Assembly (NCBI RefSeq): GCF_001194135.2
Contig: NC_068987.1
Coordinates: 76,199,222 to 76,238,008 of the forward strand
Source of the DNA: Octopus bimaculoides
Taxonomy: Eukaryota
Length of the DNA stretch: 38,787 nt
Reading direction: 5' to 3'
How positions within the stretch are numbered: position 1 is the stretch's first letter; every line of letters begins with the position of its first letter. Below the pieces are notes generated by a model, which was not told the origin of the DNA, did not search any database, and worked only from the letters and a program-made list of their open reading frames with translations. This document shows, one piece after another, positions 12,813 to 25,050 of this stretch. A program made the position numbers and the translations under genes.

Positions 12813-14352
12813 AACTACAGTTCAAAACTATAAAGCCACATTTTTTTTAAAGTTATTTAGAAATTTAGCTCGGTGTTTAAGCGAACGAACTGCCATAATA
12901 TAGTGTTAATGGATATTTCGTGAATACTTGTACCTTTATTATCACATTACAACACCTGATTTCCCAATTTTCCCTAGCACATCAACACTTCAAAACTATA
13001 AAGCCATTAATACATTTTCATTTCTTACCAGATTGTTTCGGAAAATATTCGACTCAATCGTATTCTCCGTGATCCAGATTACGTTTCTAGTATACTTAAA
13101 GCCACAAAGTTTTCCGAAATTGAGCAAGGGAAGATCCTTGGACTGAAAGTGGAAGGAATGAGTAATCGGAAGATTACAGAGAAGATTCGGCGAAGCAGAA
13201 CACCAGGGGACAGTTTTCTGAAAGTTACTGACGGCTACAACAGTGTTCATACTGATGGACGTCCCACTGAATGAAAGGCCCATTGTCAGAGCGGTGAAGA
13301 AGTCATGCTGCATTTCTGTTTCCCAAATCAAGGCATCAGCAGAAGTAGGAGCCTCAATATCCACTCAATATCCAAAGAGTGATTTTGAACCATGGTTTTC
13401 ATCTGAAGAAGCGGCTAGGACGTCCGTTATTGTCTCCTTCCCACAAAGCTGTTAGATTGGAGTTTGCTCGGTAACATCAGACGTGGGATGATTAATGGAC
13501 CAAGGATATATTCTCTGAAGAGGAAAAATGGAATTTGGATGGTACCGACAGTTATAAGTATTACTGAGCAGATAAATGTATACAAAATTCTACTTATTCC
13601 AAGTGGCAGAACAGCGGAGGAGGTCTTATAGTGTGGGGAACAATATCGGCCAATGGGAAGCTGCCACTCGTCATCATGGACGGCTGTTTCAATGCTGCTC
13701 GATATACCGTTATGTTGGACGGGGTTAACATTAACGAAGAAGGAATAAGGCTCTATGGTGAGAACTTCATGTTTCAACAGGACAATGCTCCTATTCATAA
13801 CGCAAAGGCAACTTTGGATTTCCTCCATGCAATTGGGATTGAAGTCATGTCATGAGCAGCAAGAAATCTCGACCCTAATCCTATAGAGAATGCCTGGGAA
13901 TATCTCACGAATGTTGTGTACAGGAGAGGTGAGCAGTATTTATCTGTTGAACTTGAAACGGCAAAAAAGAAGGCCTGGAAAGAGTTTCCACTTGATCTGC
14001 TGCAGAAGTTGATTGGAAGCATGAAATCTCGTGTCTTTGAAGCAATTCAGAAAGGTGGTGGTCAAACACACCATTGTTCATGCTTTGCATAAGAATATCA
14101 TTGAAACATATCATAATATCCCTGTTTTGCAACATTATTGAACCTCGCTTGATAGTTTTGAACAGGGAGAGTCTAGCTGTATTTTTCTGAATTATTATCT
14201 AATTTATGTTTGGATTTCAATAAATTTGAATATTGCAACGCCTTCTTCTCTTCTATTTCCTATCTAGAGGTGAGTTTCATGAATTTGGGTAAGTATAATT
14301 CGCCAGAAAACAAACAGACAGTGCTCTGACTTTATAGATTTGAAGAGCAGTT
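12813..14352 (+). mobile_element. Full-length decayed Tc1/mariner (Tc3-like) DNA transposon, about 1.54 kb
   Basis: Ends TA|AACTACAGTTCAAAACTATAAAGCCA (12811-12838) and TGACTTTATAGATTTGAAGAGCAGTT|TA (14327-14354) are imperfect inverted repeats with TA TSD; internal copies of the 18-bp motif at 12989-13006 and 14145-14162; central transposase pseudogene. Confidence 0.88.
13092..14075 (+). pseudogene. DD34E transposase pseudogene (Tc3/Tc1 family)
   Basis: Stitched translation: LKATKFSEIEQGKILGLKVEGMSNRKITEKIRRSR (paired-like HTH) ..GRP.. / ERPIVRA.. / RPLLSPSHKAVRLEFAR..W..IFSEEEKWNLDG..GGGLIVWG..FQQDNAPIH..(W*)AARNLDPNPIENAW..AW..L..LIGSMKSR. 34 residues between D(QDN) and E(PIE); first catalytic D appears as E; at least 2 frameshifts and several in-frame stops, including two TGA at expected W codons. 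Confidence 0.95.
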
Positions 14353-14476
14353 TACGGTCGGGAATCAGGTCAACAGATATGCCTTGGTATTATAAGACCT
14401 ACTGAATGAAACTTATTTTATCAGCCAACAATGTTAAGAGGGATCCGTACACACATACACACACACACACAGACGC

Positions 14477-14509
<33 letters not shown>

Positions 14510-15594
14510 GACACACATACACAAGCGCACGCACACACGAACACACGCCACACTCATTCATACACACACATACGCAAACACACATGTACGTATGTATGTA
14601 TATATGAATGTCTTGATCAATCTCGATGATGCCGAAGGAGTAGGATATTTTCTGCTGACAAGGTTTAATAAAAAAAAAAAGAAACGTGTTGCTTTCACCA
14701 ATTTAACTTTCAAGATCAGATCCATTCTAATGAATTTATTTGTTGATTGATTTAAAATTTTAAAGAGTATTAGGGGGAGATTTTGTCAACTAATTACTTG
14801 TGAAATCATAGTTGAGCGAAAACAACTCACTACATTACGTATTTGAGTTTGTGTATATACACAAGCTCGTATAAGCATGAGTGCATGCGGACTCACCTAT
14901 GTGTGTATTTGTCTGTACTGTCTCTCTTATTCTCTCTCTCCCTCCCCCTCTCTCTCTCTCTCTCTCTCNNNNNNNNNNNNNNNNNNNNNNNNNNNNNNNN
15001 NNNNNNNNNNNNNNNNNNNNNNNNNNNNNNNNNNNNNNNNNNNNNNNNNNNNNNNNNNNNNNNNNNNNNNNNNNNNNNNNNNNNNNNNNNNNNNNNNNNN
15101 NNNNNNNNNNNNNNNNNNNNNNNNNNNNNNNNNNNNNNNNNNNNNNNNNNNNNNNNNNNNNNNNNNNNNNNNNNNNNNNNNNNNNNNNNNNNNNNNNNNN
15201 NNNNNNNNNNNNNNNNNNNNNNNNNNNNNNNNNNNNNNNNNNNNNNNNNNNNNNNNNNNNNNNNNNNNNNNNNNNNNNNNNNNNNNNNNNNNNNNNNNNN
15301 NNNNNNNNNNNNNNNNNNNNNNNNNNNNNNNNNNNNNNNNNNNNNNNNNNNNNNNNNNNNNNNNNNNNNNNNNNNNNNNNNNNNNNNNNNNNNNNNNNNN
15401 NNNNNNNNNNNNNNNNNNNNNNNNNNNNNNNNNNNNNNNNNNNNNNNNNNNNNNNNNNNNNNNNNNNNNNNNNNNNNNNNNNNNNNNNNNNNNNNNNNNN
15501 NNNNNNNNNNNNNNNNNNNNNNNNNNNNNNNNNNNNNNNNNNNNNNNNNNNNNNNNNTATATATATATATATATATTCATATATACATATATAC

Positions 15595-15643
<49 letters not shown>

Positions 15644-16330
15644 CATATATATGTATATATACATACACACACATATATATATGTGTGTGTGTGTATTATG
15701 CACTCATACATTTATACATATATATATATATATGTACATATGTATGTATACACACGCATACACGTTTGTTAGGAAGCGAAAGAAATAAGTAATCAGTATA
15801 TTAGACTGTACGTATATTTATTAAGAACCTAGTTGCTGTTCCGCTCATTTACTTTTATGTTCAAGAATTCAGTTATTATTTGGTTGTTGAATGCTTTAAA
15901 TATTTTTATTAGGTCCCTTCTAAAGCTATCCGTTACGTAGCAGTTCATGTATGAAATTGCGAAGCCGTCATTTCTGTACATTTCGGAACCTAGGAAGGGT
16001 TAAAACGATTTCAAATGGTCTCGGCTGAACAGTCCTACAAGATCTGCTACTTCACGTCTGCTACATCCTTCTATTGAGACGCCAAGTGATCCTTAATATT
16101 CTGGTATTAAGATCACTTGTGGTAGGGAGTATCTTCCGAATTGCAGGGTTTTCGTGAGAAGCGATTTACAGACAGAAGGGTAGAGAATTTGTCTTAATAC
16201 TATGTAACCACTGAACAAAGGTAGCACTGCAAATTTCCTGACCTAGTCTCGCACAACTTATTATAAGGTGAACTTCATTGCGACTGCACTTGCAGATAGT
16301 TTGTGGACAGTTTGATTAAATTGTTTTCAG

Positions 16331-16430
16331 AGTTCCAGAGCAAGTTGGTTTTATGATGCTTAAGGATGATAAAGGCTGTACTCAAACCGATCTGTTTTTA
16401 GATTGGAAGCCTGGTCTTTCTGTGGTTATG
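16331..16430 (+). CDS. Candidate internal exon of an unidentified gene (VPEQVGFMMLKDDKGCTQTDLFLDWKPGLSVVM)
   Basis: Acceptor TTGATTAAATTGTTTTCAG|, 100-nt stop-free frame (phase 2 to 0), donor ATG|GTATTT. No homology recognised; chance not excluded. Confidence 0.33.
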
Positions 16431-17108
16431 GTATTTAATGAGATCTGACTAGCTTTTTGTTTAAAATTTTTTGCGTTATATTTGTCAGATATTTACACGG
16501 TGATACATAAATTCTTGGTTTTTGTTTGCAAGTATACATGGTCATAGAACATTTCTTGTTTTGAATATATATACCAGTCACGATAGGTTTCCGACGAACA
16601 CACACGTACACACACACTCACACACGCACATACGCACACATGGTTATTTTCAAGTTTCTATTCATATGAGCTATAGTTACGTAACATTATATATGTGAGT
16701 GTATGTGTGCGTTTTGTATTAATCTGAACAAACTTCCCTCGAGCATATTTGTGTATATGTGTGTGTATCTATCCCTTTGCTTTAACTTGATGAACATACG
16801 AGCGGTGGGTATCTCTAGTTATGTAAGCGCCTGCCTGATTTACTAGTATTGAATATCATAAAACGCAAATAAAAGATAAATGATAGAAAAAATTTCAGAG
16901 AAAATAAATTACAGAAAAAAGAACACTCGCTTGACTTTGGAGTTATATGTAATAATCAATATATTTACATAAAAACTTGCAGAAAGGTGTAACCTTTCAT
17001 ACGTCATAGGATTGCATAGATATACATACCCATTTCGTCTATATATGCGTACCGATATGTACGCGCATACTTACATATGGCATACTTCATACTTATTTAT
17101 ATACTTAA

Positions 17109-17274
<166 letters not shown>

Positions 17275-18357
17275 GAGAAACATATTTACATATGCATATA
17301 TATGCACATATATATATGAAAGTACGTATATATATATATATGCATAGGTATGCACATATACATACATACATGTACATATACACACATATATACATATGTA
17401 TGTATATATACATATCTAAATGAATATACATATATAGAGATGTTCATATACCTATATGTACACACGCAATTGTGCGCATGTACACACACTCACACACACA
17501 TACAAAATTTATATACATACATATATACAGAAACATCTCTCTCTCTGTCTATGTATATATATGTATGTGTGCTTGTGTGTGCGTGTATGTATATGTATGT
17601 GTATAAAACGATATATAGATTGATAGATTGGTAGATAGAGAGATAGATCGAATCAAGCTACTTATGAATATATTTCTTATCATTTCAATTCTATCTTTGG
17701 TAAATTTACAGAAACTTTCTGATCATTACAGAAAATCTGTCTGGACTAATTTTATCCTTCTTTTTCCTTATTGTTGCCATAGTCTGATCTTGTTTGTGTA
17801 GCTATTTTTGTCATACTTGCCAATAGCGATAAATATTTTTCCTTATCTAAATATGAATTGTGTAGATTTTCATGAATATGCGTTTACATTTACATATATC
17901 AATGTATGCATAAATAGCCACAGTATTATTATTAATTGTAAAAATGTTCGTAGATATTGCATGGTAGAGTCTTGGCTGTGTTCATAAAATATTTGCTTTG
18001 TAACATTGTGACTCAGTGTCTGATTTCACTTCGGAGAGTCTTGGGCTAATGTGTAATCACACGTTCCAAGATACATCTCATGGATGCTCTGGGATGCATT
18101 ATCAATGATCTCTGAGAGTTTCTTAAGATCATAGGGAGTTGCTTCAGACTATACAACTCTGAGTTGACAAATGTCTTGTTCGCAGTGACAGAAGCAATAT
18201 TAGTTTAAAATGCTATTCTGTGTATCATACAGTAAACATGTCTTTAAAGCCTAATAAACTATAATATTCGCCTCGAGATAACATCTCTTATTAGACTATA
18301 GTGTTAAAAAAAAATGTATTAATAACAGATGAAAATTGTCCGGCAACAGTGGTGGCG

Positions 18358-18402
18358 TTATTAAATACGTATTTCTGCTTCCTTGAGCTTCGTCAGTAAC
18401 AA
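18358..18402 (-). ncRNA. Candidate minimal type I hammerhead-like ribozyme
   Basis: Minus strand TTGTTA-CTGACGA-A-GCT(CAAGGA)AGC-A-GAA-ATACGTAT-T-TAATAA: intact CUGANGA and GAAA core, 6-bp stem I (one GU), 3-bp stem II, palindromic stem III; non-canonical A/A next to the core. Confidence 0.4.
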
Positions 18403-21323
18403 GTACCCATTAGCAACTACATAGTAAAACAAATCAGTTGCTATTGATACAGAAAAGATATTGAAAAGTTAGTAACATCGCAATTAGCCGGCAGACTGAA
18501 TTTGCATTTGTTATGAGTGGCAGAGGTAGTATTAGTTCAAAATAGCAATTTCTGCACAAGGCTTGAAGTTTTTCTGTAACAGTAGTTAACAATTATACAT
18601 TATGAGTGTGTGTGTATGTGTATGTATGTGTGTATGTGTATGTATGTGTGTATGTGTGTGTGCGTGCGGGCGCCTTTTCGTTTAATCAGGAGGGAATACT
18701 GTATCCATGACCCATTACAAGATTTGTGACATTGGTGAGAGGAATGGAGGAAGATATCCTCAAACCGGAGACCTGGGGCATATGTTTGCAACACAGTAGA
18801 CTTTGTTAAGGCACCCAGTCACCAGATTGAGCTGTTAAACCAAAGGATTTATTCAATCTTCAGGACAGGCACCAGAACAATTTCGGCAAGGCGTCCGTCC
18901 TGGCATTAAATATGATTTAAATTGCACTATCAAAATATTTGGGTATTTGCATATATGCAATAAAAACGGTCACGGCACTTGTAGTGTTAGGTAATGGTGG
19001 TGACTGCATACATGCTTCGACGTTTCTGACTCTAGCTATGAGTGTCATTTGTTAATCTCATAATCTTTCTATATGTAAATAGACATGAGACGTACATAAA
19101 TTCGCATGTTTGAAGACAAATCAATATGCATGTATGAACATGGAGAAAATGCAGCTAGAAGTCAGAGTATAATGCTAAAGTTCAACAAGTACTTGAGGCG
19201 TGGAGTATATATGAAGTACAAAGAATATGCATCAAGTAGTTACTTACGTCAAACCAGGACTCAGATCTAAATTACTCTGGACTGTTTTTACGTATATTAT
19301 ATACGCACAAGCACACACACACACACATTAAAAGTAGAGTGGAGGCGTTGACTCTTGGGAAGTGAACTTTGGAAAAATGTAGAAGGAAAGGAGTGGTACT
19401 TCAAAACGTTTGAGAAGCACTGCCTTAAAGGTATACCCTGGCATGACTATAGTTTAGTGGCTGAAACTTGTGAAAGAGTAAAAGAATTGATTTAAGTTAT
19501 GGAGGTGGTGAAGTGGAAGAAATAGTTTTGTGAGGCCTAAACGGGTTACAGTATTTATTTTCGTCCATCTTCAAAACACGCCGGAATTGACCGCATCTTT
19601 GATCCCTCAGAGAATCGATAAAATATATAGACGTCATGTTGTGGATCAATTCAAATTAGACTATACACCCTTTCTCTATAAATATGTGATACTGTGCAGA
19701 AATTAGAATTAGAAAGCAATGTATTTTTAGATGTTGGATGCCACAGCCAATTGATTGTGCAGTAGAGTTTCAATTCTAATTTGAAGCCATATTTCAGTTG
19801 TCCTAAAGTCTCTTGTGAAAATGAAGCAACACAATATATTATATCTACCGTTTACAAATTTTTTGTTCAGTGTTTTCTGGACTTTTTAAATGATGTGCTC
19901 CAGTTCTGTCCAAGTAGATTCCTGGCAAAAGGAATCCGTTACAAGGTTTTCTATTTCTGGTTATATATATTCTATTGTACTTGTTATGATGAAGTCTTTC
20001 CGAAAATATAAATTTCACAACTTGCATCCTTCTCATCACATAATTTAATAACAAAACTAATCTATGGATACCCATAAATAAGAAATGACGACATTTTTTA
20101 TTAGCCCTCTGAACGTGGAAAACGAATCTATCCACTGAAAATTTTATTATCGTTAACTGCGGAAATCGGTTTTACTCGACGGCTCTGAAAAAACAGAAAA
20201 CAACCTTTCCTAACGTTGTGAGGCATTTTACATTTAGCAATTTTTCAGATTTAATTTTTTTTCCCCCATTAGTCATCAGATATCTCTCTACGGAGCAAGG
20301 ATCAGATACTTTTAGTGATGGATATGAAAACCATACCTACAGGAGATACTGCAAAAAAAAAGTACTGTAGAAACAAAAAATATCAACTCTATTGGTGGTT
20401 AAGTAATTAATATCGTTTCGTGAAAGGACATGAAATTTAATTACACACATCAAAACTTTAATGGCGATCTTCACTAAGATACGTATATAGGAACCTATAA
20501 ACTAAGAACTAGACTGTTTCAATTCTTTTATTTTACTTTTGCTTCGAAAACCTTTTGGATAGACAGAAACAGCCCGTTATTTCATTTCCCCTTTACTATA
20601 AAACAAATAGCCTCTCCCTTTCTTTCTGTTTCCGTATATAAAAAAGAAATTAAGGTTATACTCATCTTGCTAACGTGAGTAAGATGAAATATTGATTTCT
20701 AACATATGTAAATTATTGATTTCTAATACAAAGAGATTTCTTATTTGATATTTTTTATAAGGTACAATATCTATTAGAAGAGTTCTAGAGGAGTTCTATA
20801 GGTTTAATTGTTGTCACTTCCTGCCGAAAAGTAAATAGCAACACGTTCTCTGTTTATCTCGCTTTTACACTAAAGACAAGTTTTCACAACAGTTTGACTT
20901 ATTGAACAATTCTACAAACTCTTATATGTTGTAATTGTTGCCAAAACAGGTCATTAATAGCTTCTTCGGATTCTAAATTTTACTGTACAAGGTCTGCCAA
21001 TCGAAGATGGAAAATGAAAAGCTGTTATATTCAAACCTGTTTCAATAACATTAACGACATAAATGAAAATGCATTATTGCAACGGAAAATTGAACTAAGT
21101 GATCGGAGTTTATTTGCCAGGAGCTTATATATCGGTCAATGAAACTCACTTGCCAATCGGAATCTAAATCTTTTTTACGTTAGAGAACGGTGTTGTTGTG
21201 ACTTAAATTTCTTTTCCTGAAACATTCAAGTGTTTGAGTGAAGTGCAATACATTAAGCCAGAAATTGAAACTGTGTTGCATTCTTTCTCGGCATAAAAGC
21301 GGAGACCTTTCTGTTTACTTTAC

Positions 21324-21542
21324 ATATTGGTTATAAAGTTTGTCACAAAGCCAGCAATTTTAGGGCAGGGGGTAAGTCGATTACGTCGACCCCAGTTCTC
21401 AACCGGTACTTCTTTTATCGACCCTCGAAAGGATGAAAGACAAAGTGAAGTTTGGCTTAATTTGAACTTAGAACGTAGAGATGAACGAAATGCCGCTGAG
21501 CATTTCGTCCCGCGTGCTAAAGATTCTCCCGGATTACCGCCT
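21324..21542 (-). mobile_element. SINE type A, diverged, tail variant ..TTGTGACAAA..AACCAATAT
   Basis: GTCGATTACGTCGACCCCAG..GGTACTT..TATCGACCC.CGAAAGGATGAAAG.CAAAG..AATTTGAACT.AGAACG..GCATTTCG.CCCG.GTGCTAA is the reverse complement of the type A body. Confidence 0.85.
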
Positions 21543-22667
21543 TAAGCTTGTTCTATATATATTGTATTTTTAAAAAACTTGTAACTTTTTGTGGCGATGT
21601 TTAAGCTTTTCATAAGTCACGGATTTCCTTCCGCAATACATAAAACCTACAATTCACAGAAGATTACAAATAAAATTATCAAACGATACCCATCCTTCAG
21701 TTTTTTTAGGCTTCGACTGGTATTCATTTCAATTACCCCAGACGAAACAAAAATGCAAAGTCAACTTTGACGGAATTTGAACTGACAACATAGAGAATCC
21801 TAAAAATAATCCAATTAAGCTTCCAGAAATTACTTGAACCAGCTACCAACAGATCACTTTTGAGAGAAGAATAAAAAGCACCCTAAAACTCTGATACCCT
21901 CTCCACAGGTGCACTGACCGACATAAAATGAAATATTTCAACAGACTATAGTTTAGTGAACTTTAACGAAGTCGCACAAGTTGAAATATTGACAAAATAT
22001 ATTCTCTGGCACGCTATTTGCTCATTAATCAGTAATTTAAGAGAGACCATATCTATTCATAAAATTTTAAATAACCAAATTATATTCATATATACTTGAA
22101 AAAACATTATTGTTATTAGTTGATGATTAACATTTTTTATACATTTACAAATATGGAAAAGATTCCGGCTGGATGTGCTTTGCTTTTCGATGAAAGCACA
22201 TAATCGAATTGTAATCTCTCCGGACGCACACTAAATCATATAGACTTACTAGTTAAAGAGACTATAAATTACTGAACGTTAGGCGGTTTCCTGCATGTTG
22301 TTGAGAAGCAAATTGCTGGTGAATTTTATTAAAAGGGTGAAAAGGATGTTAACTTTTACATAACTAAAATCCATTTTTATGTATAAATAAGATGGTTACT
22401 TACAAGTAAGAGGAGAAACAGCAGAGAAGGAGAGGAGCATGTTTTTTTATAAGAATGGGAAAGCTATGGATAAAAGAAAGAGGAGTGATTGCTTGAAATT
22501 GACGTAGAGAGAATTGGAAAAAGAACAACATAAGAAGATAAGGTGAATAGAAGAACAATGAACGAGAACGTAAGGAAGAGAAAAAAAAGTCAATCAGTGA
22601 GTGTTAGACGTGTAAAATAAAGAGAGATGGTCTCATAGATAAAGAAATAGAGATAATCTGTGACTAT

Positions 22668-22711
<44 letters not shown>

Positions 22712-23057
22712 GTACGAGGTGCATATTTACGCACAAGCGTTTGGATGAATAAGAACACTCAAGCCAAATTCAAGCAAGCACTTACTGGTAAACACGTGTA
22801 AAGTATTATCTGATGGTTAAAAAATTGCATAAATCATAGAAAAGCTTGTATAACGATTAAAACTTTGCAGAAAACCTTAGTTACAGAAAGAGGGAGTAAC
22901 TATCATCATGAAGCTAAAAGAGACAGCAAAGCTATTGTCGTTAACAACACATAATGCACATTATTAAAGTCACATTAAGTTAGTAATTTTCTCCCTTATA
23001 AAACATCACTGCACCCTTTAGTTTTCCTTCTTTGGTGGTATATACCATCCTTATCTA

Positions 23058-23361
23058 GTTGGCACTCCGTCGCTTACGACGTCGAGGGTTCCAGTTGATC
23101 CAATCAACGGAACAGCCTGCTCGTGAAATTAACGTGCAAGTGGCTGAGCACTCCACAGACACGTGTACCCTTAACGTAGTTCTCGGGGATATTCAGCTTG
23201 ACACTGTGTGACAAGGCTGACCCTTTGAATTACAGGCACAACAGAAACAGGAAGTAAGAGTGAGAGAAAGTTGTGGTGAAAGAGTACAGCCTTGTGGAGC
23301 ATTTAGATGTTTTTGCTCAATAAACACTCACAACGCCGGGTCTGGGCCATTGCGCCTCCAC
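23058..23361 (-). mobile_element. SINE type B with two internal deletions and a 21-bp TSD
   Basis: Body nearly identical to 8679-9063; flanked by GGTATATACCATCCTTATCTA at 23037-23057 and 23362-23382. Confidence 0.92.
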
Positions 23362-24147
23362 GGTATATACCATCCTTATCTAGTTGGCACTCCGTCGCTT
23401 NNNNNNNNNNNNNNNNNNNNNNNNNNNNNNNNNNNNNNTGCTTTGTTTTGTTTGTTGCTTTTTCTGAGGAGGGCTTCTTCTTAAGTTAATGAAATAGAGT
23501 TTAAAAAAGAAACGCTAGAGCCTGCAGAAATACTTAAGAAAGTTCGTAAATTTAAATAAGTTTCTATGTCATAAAAACGTAGGATGAGATCTGATGTTCT
23601 GGTGATAGTTTTTCAAAGAAATGAAAAGTGTATTTGTTGGCAGCTTCATTTTTATTCACAGCTTTCCGAGAAGAAAAAGTTATGTCTAAAATATTAGATA
23701 TCATTCACTCCATGGCACAAAGATTTATCTGATCTCATTTTACGAATTGGATCGACTTGATGATGGTTACATACTTCTGAAAAAGCTTTCTGTCAATAAA
23801 ACATATGTAATTTACTTTCTAGATTTCCCCTCTCGCTGATTATTAAATATAATTAGAATAAATTTCAAGGCAATGGAAAAAAGAAGAAAAAAACGTTTTA
23901 ACGAAACATATGTTTTTGATTTACGCAAAAGAAAATTAATTTGGACATCATTTAAAAAAAAATCTCGTTAATTTTCTTTTTCATCATCAATTCTTTGATT
24001 TTATTTTCAGCTTCGCTTCTGTCATATGCAGAAGGAATTGAAGGAAAATATATAACGGTCATTAAATGATTCAACTTCTCATGGGTTGTTAGTTTATTAT
24101 CTATGTTTTTGTCTTTAACGCGTTTCAGGCATTACACGGGGGTAAAG

Positions 24148-24300
24148 CTGGAGCACAAATCGCTCCCAATTGTTAATTTTTTTTTAAAGCCTGGTACTTA
24201 TTTTATTGCTTTATTTTGCTGCAAAATAGGTTACAGGGATATAACCAAACCTACACCGGTTGTCAAGCGGTGAAAAAAGAGAACAAACAGAAAGGCACGC
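24148..24300 (-). mobile_element. SINE type C, diverged 3' fragment
   Basis: GCTGGAGCAC..AAGCCTGGTACTTATT..GGTTAC.GGGA..ACACCGGTTGTCAAGCGGTG motifs shared with other type C copies. Confidence 0.7.
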
Positions 24301-24407
24301 ACTTGCACCAAATGTGCCACTTTATGTCATTTGTCCACACACTCATATGGGTGAGTGTATGTGTGTAAATATATATATATACATATATATATATATATCT
24401 TCTATCG

Positions 24408-24806
24408 TTTAATTGTTTCACTCATTAGACTGTGGCCATGTTGGGGCACCACCTTGAAATTTTAGCCAGTACCTATTTTTTAAGCCTGGCACTTATTATA
24501 TCGGTTACTTTTGCCAAACCGCTAAGTTAAGGGGACATAAACACAACAACATCGGTTGTCACATTGATATATATATATGTGTGTGTGTGTGTATGTGTGT
24601 GACGGGCTTCTTTCAGTTTCCGTCTACCAAATACATTCACAAGACTTTGGTAGCCAGAGGCTGTACTAGAAGACACTTGCCCAAGCTGCCATGCAGTAGG
24701 ACTGAACCCGGAACCATGTGATTGGGAAGCCAGCTTCTTTATTTCATTCAATTTGTCATCAAGGCATTACATAGAAGTAGTAGCTTCTTACCACACAGCC
24801 ACTCCT
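24408..24806 (-). mobile_element. SINE type C, full length, internal microsatellite, 42-bp insertion in head
   Basis: 3' half + (TA)(TG)n + GACGGGCTTCTTTCAGTTTCCGTCTACCAAA..GAAGACACTTGCCCAAG..GACTGAACCCGGAACCATGTG..CTTACCACACAGCCACTCCT. Confidence 0.9.
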
Positions 24807-24912
24807 GCTAGAGGTCCTGACACTTAACAACGGTTTTACAGCGTCCCAGCATTCAAATGGATTGTCATCACACATGCTAGTTATATATATATATATATAT
24901 ATNNNNNNNNNN

Positions 24913-25050
24913 CTTCCGTTTGCCAATTCACTCTCAAAGCCACTGGTTGGACCGGGGCTATGGTAGAAGACACTTGCTTAATAGTGAGACTGATCCTGAA
25001 AATCCGTGCATCTGATTGCACAATGAGGTTCTTAACTGTACAGCCATGCC
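24913..25050 (-). mobile_element. SINE type C head/CORE-like fragment after (TA)n and a short gap
   Basis: TTCCGTTTGCCAATTCACTC..GCTATGGTAGAAGACACTTGC..GAGACTGA.CC..CTTAAC..ACAGCCATGCC. Confidence 0.7.
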
